The notes under the pieces were generated by a model, which worked only from the letters and a program-made list of their open reading frames with translations, was not told the DNA's origin and searched no databases. Both the position numbers and the translations under genes were made by a program. Below are positions 1-7,278 of a stretch of DNA of 43,144 nt, piece after piece. This DNA comes from a virus (lineage: Duplodnaviria > Caudoviricetes), in the IMG/VR virus record IMGVR_UViG_3300032257_000567, positions 1 through 43,144 of that record; one strand, given 5' to 3'. Every line of letters begins with the position of its first letter. The first letter of the stretch is position 1.

Positions 1-33
1 GTGCTTATAATTAATAGAGCAAAAGGAATTGCG

Positions 34-369
34 ATGGCTTATACATCAATAGTGCTTGAAAACCCCAAGACAGGCTCAATCAAGCAGGCTCCGGTTGGTT
101 TTTCGTGGACGACGTTGTTTTTTGGTTTTTTTCCTCCGTTATTTAGAGGTGACTGGAAATGGGCAATTATAATGTTAATCCTGGCAATTATAACCGTAGG
201 CTTTAGCGGCCTGGTTTTTATGTTTATCTACAATAAATTATATATAAAAGATTTGATTGGATCAGGATATAAAGTTAAGTCCGTTGCGGATGGGGATATT
301 GAATCGCTCTCCCTAAAATTCGGCATGCAGTTACCCGTGCTAAAATCTGATTTGGAATTTTTAGATTAA
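34..369 (+). CDS. Small integral membrane protein (DUF2628/HrgC-like)
   Basis: AAAGGA RBS before ATG at 34; motif APVGFSWTTLFFGFFPPLFRGDW followed by hydrophobic helices. Converges on int; may be a host gene or phage moron. Confidence 0.6.
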   Translation: MAYTSIVLENPKTGSIKQAPVGFSWTTLFFGFFPPLFRGDWKWAIIMLILAIITVGFSGLVFMFIYNKLYIKDLIGSGYKVKSVADGDIESLSLKFGMQLPVLKSDLEFLD

Positions 370-382
370 TAGTGGTATTGAT

Positions 383-1579
383 TTAAATTGCTAAACTTAG
401 CCAATCCCCTCCACGTATATCATCATATTTTTTAGTCATTCTTTCATCTTTATGGCCCAATAATTCTTGGGTGTTGATTCCTTGTTTTTTGTATAGACGT
501 TCTGATAGTGATCGGATTTCGTGGAATGTGGGTGGTTCTTTTCCCATCCATTCTAGGTTGGTTTTGTTGCGACATCGGGTGAACATTCGTGAAATTGTGT
601 CTTTCCATACAGGATCACCTGGATTGCTGGTGGAGTAGTTGCGGGTGTGGTGGATGAGGTGTGGGGAGATTATGCCGGTTCGTTTGCATAAGCCTATTAC
701 GTCGCCCACTGATAGCCCTATGGCGTCCAGGGTGAGGTTGAGGGGGATTTTGATCATGGCTCCGGTTTTTTGCCGTGTGGCGTAATAATAATTATCTTCT
801 ATGAAAGAGTAGGGCATTAGTTGGCTATCACCTTCCAAATATTCTCGCCATTGTTTGTGCCAGTCTGCTTTTCGCTTGAATTGAGCCAATGCCAGGTCTT
901 CTCGTGCCTGTCCTGTGGTAATCGCTAGTAACATTACGTTTTCTTGCCATAAGTCTTTTGGTGAGGCGTGTGTACGTATTGTGTTGAATTCCTGAATGTT
1001 GGTTATTCTTGCGCGTTTTACTTTGGCTTTTGGGTTTCTGGTAGTTTCCCAGACGTTGGGATGATCGGGTGGTAGCGCTCCCTCTGATTTTGCGTCTTTC
1101 CATACGTCGATCATTGTTGATCGTATTACCTGCGCCATACGATGTTTGTTTTGTTCGGTGTAGGTTGTTAAACATGCATTTGCGTGTTTGACTGTAATTA
1201 AATCAAGTGGGAGATTTCCTAAATTTTCAACGACATTAATGAGTATATTTTTTTTGACTTTTAGTGTGTTGGATTTGAGTTCGCGTGATATGCATATTTC
1301 GTTATAGCGATCTGCAAATTTTTTAAGGTTTTCACATTTTGATTTCGGCGTGGTGTTGGTGGCGATGGCATGCACTCTTGCTTCGGCTACTTGTGCGTAA
1401 ATAATTGCGTTGAGCTGTTTTGCGCGGGACTTTGCTAGTTCTGCATTTGAACCCAGACCGTGAAATGTGCCCGTGCGAATGTCTTTGTATTGATAGTAGG
1501 TTTTGTTTGTGCGTTTATCCAGGCTTGAGTAGAGATTGTCGATAGCATCTTTTTTGTTGTTTCGTGGGCGTGGTGACAT
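383..1579 (-). CDS. int: Lambda-type tyrosine recombinase (integrase)
   Basis: N-terminal arm-binding-like region (NLY...YYQYKD..TG.FHGLG); catalytic motifs TGQAR, FHEIRSLSERLY, LLGHK..MT.KY. Confidence 0.95.
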   Translation of the reverse strand: MSPRPRNNKKDAIDNLYSSLDKRTNKTYYQYKDIRTGTFHGLGSNAELAKSRAKQLNAIIYAQVAEARVHAIATNTTPKSKCENLKKFADRYNEICISRELKSNTLKVKKNILINVVENLGNLPLDLITVKHANACLTTYTEQNKHRMAQVIRSTMIDVWKDAKSEGALPPDHPNVWETTRNPKAKVKRARITNIQEFNTIRTHASPKDLWQENVMLLAITTGQAREDLALAQFKRKADWHKQWREYLEGDSQLMPYSFIEDNYYYATRQKTGAMIKIPLNLTLDAIGLSVGDVIGLCKRTGIISPHLIHHTRNYSTSNPGDPVWKDTISRMFTRCRNKTNLEWMGKEPPTFHEIRSLSERLYKKQGINTQELLGHKDERMTKKYDDIRGGDWLSLAI

Positions 1580-1594
1580 GGCGGTTCTCTTTTT

Positions 1595-1822
1595 TTAAGC
1601 AGCTTTAACGCTTTGTAGTATTTTATTGACGATTGGGTCATCAATTTCTGTATCTGATTTCCGAAGTCCTATATATCTGGCTGTATCTTCGACCTGGTAT
1701 TCTCTGCCTACTTTAATTGGAGGCGGGTAGATTTGGCCGGTGCGTGCCCAGCTTCTTAACGTTCGCAGGCTGTGTGCCTTGCTGAATGTTTTTTTATCCC
1801 ATTCTTGTAGTGTGATAAGCAT
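1595..1822 (-). CDS. xis: Excisionase
   Basis: TLQEW...TLRSWARTGQIYPPPIKVGREYQV, lambda Xis-like; directly upstream of int. Confidence 0.9.
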   Translation of the reverse strand: MLITLQEWDKKTFSKAHSLRTLRSWARTGQIYPPPIKVGREYQVEDTARYIGLRKSDTEIDDPIVNKILQSVKAA

Positions 1823-1858
1823 ATTGATGCCTTCTTGGTTTTTGACGCCTATTTATAG

Positions 1859-2551
1859 TTAGATGCTTAATGATAAATTCTCTTCATTTTCGATTTGTCG
1901 ATCAAGCGATACGTTTTTCGCGTCATTTACGCCTTTCATAGTTGCTAATATTTCGTCTGGATTAGGTTTTCTAATATTAGGCTTTCTTGCATTTTTTAGA
2001 TTGTCAAAATGCGCGTCAACAAGCTCTCGCTTGAGTATTACTAGGCTTTTACCGTCAGAAAAATGTAAATCTACTTTTCTTTCGGAAACTATCAAAGCTA
2101 TTCGCCTTGAAATTTCTTTAGCAAAACCTAGTCGATAATAATTTTTATTCGATACACCTTTAATATCTGCTCGGTTAAGCAGCCTATCGCAAGTCTCAAT
2201 TAAATAGTCATGCGTGTATTTAGCAATTATCGCGTCAGACGTAAAACCCCTAAACTGGAAAGTGACTTCTTTATATGCGATTTTAACAACAGCTTGGGAG
2301 TCGTTTAGATGGGCAACGCTTGCCGCAATTGCTGATACCCACACTGGTTTTCGTGGCGGCTTAAACTTTCCATCAGAAGTACCAAATGAATCATTATCAT
2401 TAAACAGCAAATCTTCTTTGCCAATCTGGTATTTATCCATCATGGTTCTAGCGCGTTTAGCGGCAATCATTGCCTCGTTTGGGCTGGATGAATCACTAGC
2501 CATATCTAGTAAGTTTTTTATTCTTGAAAGTATTTTTTTATCTTTACTCAT
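1859..2551 (-). CDS. DUF2786 domain-containing protein (cassette 1 ORF)
   Basis: KILSRIKNLLDMA...SPNEAMIAAKRARTMMDKY N-terminus typical of DUF2786; stop codon lies within GTTAGATGC. Confidence 0.8.
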   Translation of the reverse strand: MSKDKKILSRIKNLLDMASDSSSPNEAMIAAKRARTMMDKYQIGKEDLLFNDNDSFGTSDGKFKPPRKPVWVSAIAASVAHLNDSQAVVKIAYKEVTFQFRGFTSDAIIAKYTHDYLIETCDRLLNRADIKGVSNKNYYRLGFAKEISRRIALIVSERKVDLHFSDGKSLVILKRELVDAHFDNLKNARKPNIRKPNPDEILATMKGVNDAKNVSLDRQIENEENLSLSI

Positions 2552-2578
2552 CCCGATTCCTTATTAAGTTAAACTCGC

Positions 2579-2663
2579 ATCTAACAAAAACATAGAACAG
2601 ACGCGGGTAAGCGTTGTTTGTTTTCTGTTGTTGTGGCGCGCTGTTCATGTAATGTCGTTATGT
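2579..2663 (+). other. attC-like recombination site 1
   Basis: R'' ATCTAAC, 5-nt spacer, L'' CATAGAAC, AG(A)CGCG, loop, CGCGCT, L' GTTCATG, 7-nt spacer, R' GTTATGT; two unpaired bases on the left arm. Confidence 0.8.
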
Positions 2664-3080
2664 GTTCGTCTGGGCTTGTTCAAATATCGAGTTAAAATCT
2701 GGCTTTATAAAGTGTGTCCAGTATTTTTCATCAAATACATTATCTAACGGTGATGCACAACAAACGCTTGGCGGTTCTTCAAAATTATTAAAATGAAAGA
2801 ATAAGCAGTCACCTATGTCTTCGTGCCAATCTTCTGTTTTTTGTAATTTAGGGTTTTTGCATTCATAGCTAGCGCCAGCTAAAAATGCTTCACGAATTCC
2901 CCAGCCAAACCAAGCGTAGGCGTCTTTGAAGTCACTTGTATCTAATACTGAATCAACATAATCATAAGCCGCGTTTACGTCGGGGTGTATAGGGTTGTCA
3001 CTATCGTGATCATTTCCACGCTTACTATGTTCTGGTGTTAAATCCTTTTGTGGGTATTCTTTTCCAGTTTTCTTAATCAT
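2658..3080 (-). CDS. Phage hypothetical protein (cassette 2 ORF)
   Basis: GGAG RBS before ATG at 3080 (the track start at 3113 lies inside attC2); WHED...EEPP...PLD...THF motif resembles small phage early proteins. Confidence 0.7.
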   Translation of the reverse strand: MIKKTGKEYPQKDLTPEHSKRGNDHDSDNPIHPDVNAAYDYVDSVLDTSDFKDAYAWFGWGIREAFLAGASYECKNPKLQKTEDWHEDIGDCLFFHFNNFEEPPSVCCASPLDNVFDEKYWTHFIKPDFNSIFEQAQTNT

Positions 3081-3098
3081 TTTGTTCTCCAATGTGCC

Positions 3099-3160
3099 AC
3101 ATAACCACAACATTAAACGCGATCTCCGCTAGCGCTGCGGCTTATGTATGGACGCTATAC
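3099..3160 (+). other. attC-like recombination site 2
   Basis: R'' ACATAAC, 5-nt spacer, L'' CATTAAAC, GC-rich centre, L' GCTTATG, 7-nt spacer, R' GCTATAC (GTT changed to GCT). Confidence 0.65.
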
Positions 3161-3493
3161 GTCTTCATTTAGTAACTTGATTGCATCATCAATCAGCTGT
3201 TTGTGTTCTTCTTTATCGAGTTTCGCAATGGCTAACCAAAGTAGCTTTTCCAGCTTATCAAATCTTTCAGGGTAGTTGCTTCCGAGGCCGCATTGTTTTG
3301 CCATGCTTTCGCCCCATTGCTCAATAATATTTGGTAGCTCAATTCCATAGTTATCTTTAACGTGTAGTTGTGCGATTCGGTGCAATTCCGATAGTGTGAG
3401 GTGATTTCTATCTGTGTATCCAGCATCAAATGCCCCAATCATTGTGCTAACAAGGTTATTAATAGCATCTGCTTTAATCTGGTTTTCTGTCAT
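3155..3493 (-). CDS. Phage hypothetical protein (cassette 3)
   Basis: GAGAGGA RBS before ATG at 3493 (MTENQIKADAIN...); an in-frame upstream start at 3607 with its own GAGGA is also possible. Confidence 0.65.
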   Translation of the reverse strand: MTENQIKADAINNLVSTMIGAFDAGYTDRNHLTLSELHRIAQLHVKDNYGIELPNIIEQWGESMAKQCGLGSNYPERFDKLEKLLWLAIAKLDKEEHKQLIDDAIKLLNEDV

Positions 3494-3635
3494 AGTGATT
3501 CCTCTCGTATAAGCTTGTACAGTTTTTCCATTATTGCTATTCACATAAGCCCATGCAGTTAATTTAGGTTTTGTTTTCTTGTGACTGCATTGCATTAAAT
3601 TTTTCATGGCTTTCCTCAATCTTTACGCCTAGTAG

Positions 3636-3773
3636 TCACATCAATTTTAAATGGCTTAACAGCCAATAAGCCCATTCACCAATTTGATACACTCCTAACA
3701 ATGCTAAAGGGATAAGTAATTTTATTGTTTTTTGAAATGCCTCGATAATTTTTGAGAAATCTGGAACAATCAT
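3636..3773 (-). CDS. Small single-TM hypothetical protein, 45 aa (not in ORF track)
   Basis: Read by hand: MIVPDFSKIIEAFQKTIKLLIPLALLGVYQIGEWAYWLLSHLKLM; starts 2 nt after the stop of the upstream ORF. Confidence 0.55.
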   Translation of the reverse strand: MIVPDFSKIIEAFQKTIKLLIPLALLGVYQIGEWAYWLLSHLKLM

Positions 3774-3775
3774 AT

Positions 3776-3919
3776 TCAGTCACTTTTACCGTTTAGCCAG
3801 TGAACTCGTTGAGATGCTTCCTCGGAGCTGTCATGATCACTTTCAGCAATAAACTTCCCGTCTGGATTGTAGAACCCAACAGTCCACAAATGTTTTTCTG
3901 ATTTTATATAAACATACAT
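3776..3919 (-). CDS. Small phage hypothetical protein, 47 aa (not in ORF track)
   Basis: Read by hand: MYVYIKSEKHLWTVGFYNPDGKFIAESDHDSSEEASQRVHWLNGKSD; strong AGGAG RBS; resembles a recurrent small phage protein. Confidence 0.7.
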   Translation of the reverse strand: MYVYIKSEKHLWTVGFYNPDGKFIAESDHDSSEEASQRVHWLNGKSD

Positions 3920-3936
3920 TTCTTTCTCCTTTTTAC

Positions 3937-3988
3937 GTCTAACAATAAAATTAAGCAGGTAAATCTAAGCACCTGGGTAATCTTATTC
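3937..3988 (+). other. Degenerate attC-like site 3
   Basis: R'' GTCTAAC, 5-nt spacer, L'' AATTAAGC, then AGGT...ACCT stem; right arm eroded (CTTATTC in place of GTTRRRY). Confidence 0.45.
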
Positions 3989-4043
3989 GCATTTTAAATG
4001 CTTAAGTAACGTGGCTTTAAAATTGTCGTATCCATCGGCGTTT

Positions 4044-4103
4044 TCAAAGGCGCTCCATTTGTGCGAATAGGTGATTGTTTAGGTCGATAAGTTTGTTTTT
4101 CAT
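4044..4103 (-). pseudogene. Truncated phage gene (N-terminal 19 codons only)
   Basis: GAGG RBS, then MKNKLIDLNNHLFAQMERL-stop, which I recall as the N-terminus of a longer common phage protein. Confidence 0.55.
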
Positions 4104-4168
4104 TTTGCACCTCTTTTTAAGATTGTTTTCTTACTCTGCCGGCGGCAAGTTGCTTTTGTTGTGATTTG

Positions 4169-4534
4169 TTAATTCCGGGTTTCCGCTATTTCTTCAAATG
4201 TTTTCTGATAAACAGACGTTATTGTGCAGCCTTGGATAGCTACATGACTTCCATTCACGCCAATGCCTGGGCCTCGATATTCTGCATCAGCGAAAATAAC
4301 TAAGTCTAGATTGTTTAAGTTGCCACCATGACAGTTAAACGTAACTGGTTCTGTAGTTACAACATCATGTGCTTTGCAATCAGAATTAAATTTATTGTAA
4401 TGATATAGGTCTTCTATTTCTTCACCGGATATATAGCCATCTTTATATCCTAAATCGTGTCCAGTTTTATTTCCTATAAAAAAACCAGAAATAAGAGATG
4501 AGCAAAAAACTATTATTATTGCTAGATATTTCAT
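4169..4534 (-). CDS. Hypothetical protein with N-terminal signal or TM segment
   Basis: MKYLAIIIVFCSSLISGFFIG hydrophobic N-terminus; ATGA overlap with the upstream gene. Confidence 0.65.
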   Translation of the reverse strand: MKYLAIIIVFCSSLISGFFIGNKTGHDLGYKDGYISGEEIEDLYHYNKFNSDCKAHDVVTTEPVTFNCHGGNLNNLDLVIFADAEYRGPGIGVNGSHVAIQGCTITSVYQKTFEEIAETRN

Positions 4535-5040
4535 ATGACATACCCAATACGGTCAATTTCCCTTGTGTTATTTGATTTATTTTTTTTAGGAAATTTTGGG
4601 TTATTTTCCATTTCTTTAAGTCGCTTTAATTTGAATTCTTCCATCGTCATTAGTATTTTTGCTGGGTTGCCTGCGCAAACAACATTAGATGGAATGTCTT
4701 TTGTTACTACGGAACCTGCGCCGATTATGGTGTTGTCTCCAATATGTACGTCGGGTAGGATTATTGCGGCAGCGCCAATATATACGTTGTTGCCAATGAT
4801 TGTTTTTGCTATTTTTGTTGCTTTGAGAGATTTAGCTGTACTCGCGTCATGAGAAAATATCATCGCTCTTGGTGCCAGTGTTACATCGTCGCCAATTTCA
4901 ATGTGACTGGTATGGCCTTGATCGATGAATACGCCTGGCATCATGGCGAAGTTTTTACCTACTTTTAGCCCTTTTTTCTTGAGCGCTTTTATTGGATTTC
5001 GGCGATATAAAATACGCTCATATGATTTTTTAATATTCAT
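4531..5040 (-). CDS. Hexapeptide-repeat (left-handed beta-helix) O-acetyltransferase
   Basis: IEIGDDVTLAP, IIGNNVYIGAAAIILPDVHIGDNTIIGAGSVVTKDIPSNVVCAGNPAK. Confidence 0.9.
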   Translation of the reverse strand: MNIKKSYERILYRRNPIKALKKKGLKVGKNFAMMPGVFIDQGHTSHIEIGDDVTLAPRAMIFSHDASTAKSLKATKIAKTIIGNNVYIGAAAIILPDVHIGDNTIIGAGSVVTKDIPSNVVCAGNPAKILMTMEEFKLKRLKEMENNPKFPKKNKSNNTREIDRIGYVI

Positions 5041-5147
5041 TTTTTTACCAGTTCAAATTGATAGTTTTGATAAACAAGTGAGAATCCGGCGTCGATTATT
5101 TTATTTAGGTCGACGATTTTTGTGTTTGGGTCGATTTTGATTGTCAT
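5037..5147 (-). CDS. Small hypothetical protein, 36 aa (not in track)
   Basis: MTIKIDPNTKIVDLNKIIDAGFSLVYQNYQFELVKK; GAGG RBS; ATGA overlap with the acetyltransferase. Confidence 0.45.
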   Translation of the reverse strand: MTIKIDPNTKIVDLNKIIDAGFSLVYQNYQFELVKK

Positions 5148-5148
5148 G

Positions 5149-5307
5149 TTATGCCTCGATAAATTTGTTGTTTTCTATTTCGATACTGATATTGATTTGA
5201 ATCGTTTTGTTGTGTGTTAATGGTATGCTCAAAATGTTGATTTCATTTCCGATGAACAACTGTGCGCATAGTTGCACAGTTGTCCATAGCGCTTTGATTT
5301 TTTGCAT
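5149..5307 (-). CDS. Small hypothetical protein, 52 aa (not in track)
   Basis: MQKIKALWTTVQLCAQLFIG...KFIEA; GGGGA RBS; fills the operon gap. Confidence 0.4.
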   Translation of the reverse strand: MQKIKALWTTVQLCAQLFIGNEINILSIPLTHNKTIQINISIEIENNKFIEA

Positions 5308-5366
5308 CTTAGTATCCCCGCATTCCGTTGCGTTGGCTTTTCGCCTATTATTTTTATGATTAATGT

Positions 5367-5401
5367 CGCAAATCCTAATGTGTCAGTTGTTAGGATTTGC
5401 G
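5367..5401. terminator. Perfect 12-bp inverted repeat (terminator or RNA-processing hairpin)
   Basis: CGCAAATCCTAA-11 nt-TTAGGATTTGCG just downstream of the DUF2303 gene; no clear U-tract. Confidence 0.4.
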
Positions 5402-5411
5402 TGTACATGGT

Positions 5412-6224
5412 TTAAAGTTTTGCTACTAAAAATAAGCCGGTGTTCATGGCTCCGCGGACATTTTCTATTATGTCGCTGACTGCTGCTTCGTGGGTTACAT
5501 GTGATTCGATGAGTTCGTACCACATTGTCAGTTGGCCTTCGCCAGTAATGCGGTAGCGAAATAGGGCGTCAAGTTTGTAGGCATCACCGTTTTGAAATAA
5601 GCGAACACCGATGGTGATTTGCTGCGGAATTTTTAGTTTTCCGCTTTGTCCTGCTTTACTTGAAATGGTTTCTTCGAAAACAAATTGTGTTTCGCCATTG
5701 TCGAGGCGGGTGCCAGATTTGAAATTCACTGTTTTGTTGCTTTCGAGGGTTTTTGTCATTTCGAGCATGTCAGCGCCGACTGGATCGATGATGGTTTTTT
5801 GGTTTTGTTCGATGAAGCGTGCGAAATTAACCTGACTCATTTCGCGTCCATCGTTTTCTTTCCAGTTTTTCCATTCTTCGGTCAAGGGGCAGTTGTATGT
5901 GGCTTTGTGGTCACGGTTATCGGCCTGGCCGCTGATTTTGTGGTAATCGATGGTGGCGAGAAATTTGGCTTTGTCGATGTCGCATTCGATTATTGAATCT
6001 TCGGTGGCAAATCGGTTGTAGTAGGCGATAAAACTTTCTACATCACCTAAAACTCGATTTGCTTCAATGCGTAATGGGCGTTCGAGCAGTTCTTTGTGTA
6101 GGTCGATTTTTAAATCTTTGTGATACATAAACGCAGGTATGCCGTTTATTTCGAGCTTTTCGAATTTGCTTGCTGCACCGGCTCTCATGCAGGTTTCTGC
6201 AATGTTTGGATTTTCCTGTTCCAT
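5412..6224 (-). CDS. DUF2303 (YfdQ-like) phage protein
   Basis: SFIAYYNR, TEEWKNW...MSQVNFARFIEQN, FKSGTRLDNGETQF, KIPQQITIGVRLF motifs. Confidence 0.85.
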   Translation of the reverse strand: MEQENPNIAETCMRAGAASKFEKLEINGIPAFMYHKDLKIDLHKELLERPLRIEANRVLGDVESFIAYYNRFATEDSIIECDIDKAKFLATIDYHKISGQADNRDHKATYNCPLTEEWKNWKENDGREMSQVNFARFIEQNQKTIIDPVGADMLEMTKTLESNKTVNFKSGTRLDNGETQFVFEETISSKAGQSGKLKIPQQITIGVRLFQNGDAYKLDALFRYRITGEGQLTMWYELIESHVTHEAAVSDIIENVRGAMNTGLFLVAKL

Positions 6225-6602
6225 TTAGTTTGCCTCCTGGGCGTTTTTAAATTGCGTTGGTTGATTGTTTGGAATTGTGGTGAATTCCAATGTTTGTTGA
6301 TTTGGATCGTTGCGTTGCAAGTTGCCTTGCGGTGTTCCAAAGAAGATGGTTGATGCGGCTGGGAACTGAGGTATGTCGCCTTTTACATCGCCGCGCAGTT
6401 CGTATTGGCCGCTGGCGCGACCAATAGGTGCGACATTGATTTTGAGGGTTACGGAACCTTGTTTGCCAACTTCTCGTACGGCTTGTACGACCTGGCTAAG
6501 TAACTCGGATAGTTCGGATTGTGTGCGACCTTCACGTAGTTCTTTGACGGTGTGTTGGAATAGGTCTGGTCTGCATTGTGAATCTGGTGGTGTTCCTGGC
6601 AT
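6225..6602 (-). CDS. Conserved phage protein usually paired with DUF2303
   Basis: AGGAG RBS before ATG at 6602; ELREG...ELSELL..VV.AV.E.GKQGSVTLKI...IFFGTPQGNLQRNDPNQ; first gene after PL. Confidence 0.75.
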   Translation of the reverse strand: MPGTPPDSQCRPDLFQHTVKELREGRTQSELSELLSQVVQAVREVGKQGSVTLKINVAPIGRASGQYELRGDVKGDIPQFPAASTIFFGTPQGNLQRNDPNQQTLEFTTIPNNQPTQFKNAQEAN

Positions 6603-6643
6603 GTTTGTGCTCCTGAATTGTAGTTGTAGACGCAACAATCAAG

Positions 6644-6690
6644 AGAATAGTCCCAAAAAGCGTCTATGTCAACGCAAAATGCAACATTTC
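6644..6690 (-). promoter_or_regulatory. PL-like sigma70 promoter with operator
   Basis: Minus strand TTGACA (6672-6667), 17 nt, TATTCT (6649-6644), overlapped by TGTTGCATTTTGCGT, which matches the OR motif. Confidence 0.75.
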
Positions 6691-6757
6691 AAATCGAGGA
6701 ATTTTGTGGTTGATTTTTGTTCTTTTGTAATTAGATCGGGATCATTGTGTGGAAATG

Positions 6758-7261
6758 CTAATTAGAAACGTGTGCAATTACTAGCACATCGGATTGTAAT
6801 CCCCTTATTACAACTGGGACTATTCCGGTGACTTTGTATAAGCCCATGTCTAGATAAGAGTCGCGAGGGTAAATTTTATTAGAGTCTCTTTTTATTGCGA
6901 CAGCTTCCAAGTCGTTTGAGTCTTCGAGTGTGTACACAATATAATTTGATAGAGCGCCACTCATTATCCACTCTGAATTTGAGCTGTATAATTTTTTATT
7001 CGTCCAAGCTAGGGGAGTACCGTCTCGGATATCGTCAATTAAGTTTATTAACCAGCCTCCATAGCCATCAAAGCCGAGTTCTTTAACTCTCTCAAGCATT
7101 AGCTCATGTGTTGTTCTTATGGGTTTATTTATGTTTGCTGGAGATGCAGAATTGGCAGTTTCGATGGTAATCGTTTCGATATTAAATTCGGGCGCTCTTG
7201 GTTGTTTTTCTGCGCACCCGAAAGTGATAAAAGTAATTAATAAATAGCAGTATTTTTTCAT
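6758..7261 (-). CDS. Putative lipoprotein co-transcribed with cI
   Basis: MKK, hydrophobic stretch and ITFGC lipobox-like Cys; occupies the rex/sie position downstream of the repressor. Confidence 0.65.
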   Translation of the reverse strand: MKKYCYLLITFITFGCAEKQPRAPEFNIETITIETANSASPANINKPIRTTHELMLERVKELGFDGYGGWLINLIDDIRDGTPLAWTNKKLYSSNSEWIMSGALSNYIVYTLEDSNDLEAVAIKRDSNKIYPRDSYLDMGLYKVTGIVPVVIRGLQSDVLVIAHVSN

Positions 7262-7278
7262 AAATGACCCTTATATTC

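Noticed and set aside
383-1579. Integrase as an integron integrase (IntI) serving the attC array
   Set aside because: It has a lambda-type arm-binding N-terminus and an adjacent xis, and I see no IntI-specific insertion or IntI-like motifs.
4141-4175. GTTAATT at the stop of the 4169-4534 ORF as another cassette boundary
   Set aside because: No L boxes or stem nearby, and no complementary R'' found at the other end of the gene.
5257-5284. 10-bp inverted repeat ACAACTGTGC/GCACAGTTGT
   Set aside because: It lies inside a small ORF, has no U-tract and no second copy; no function can be supported.
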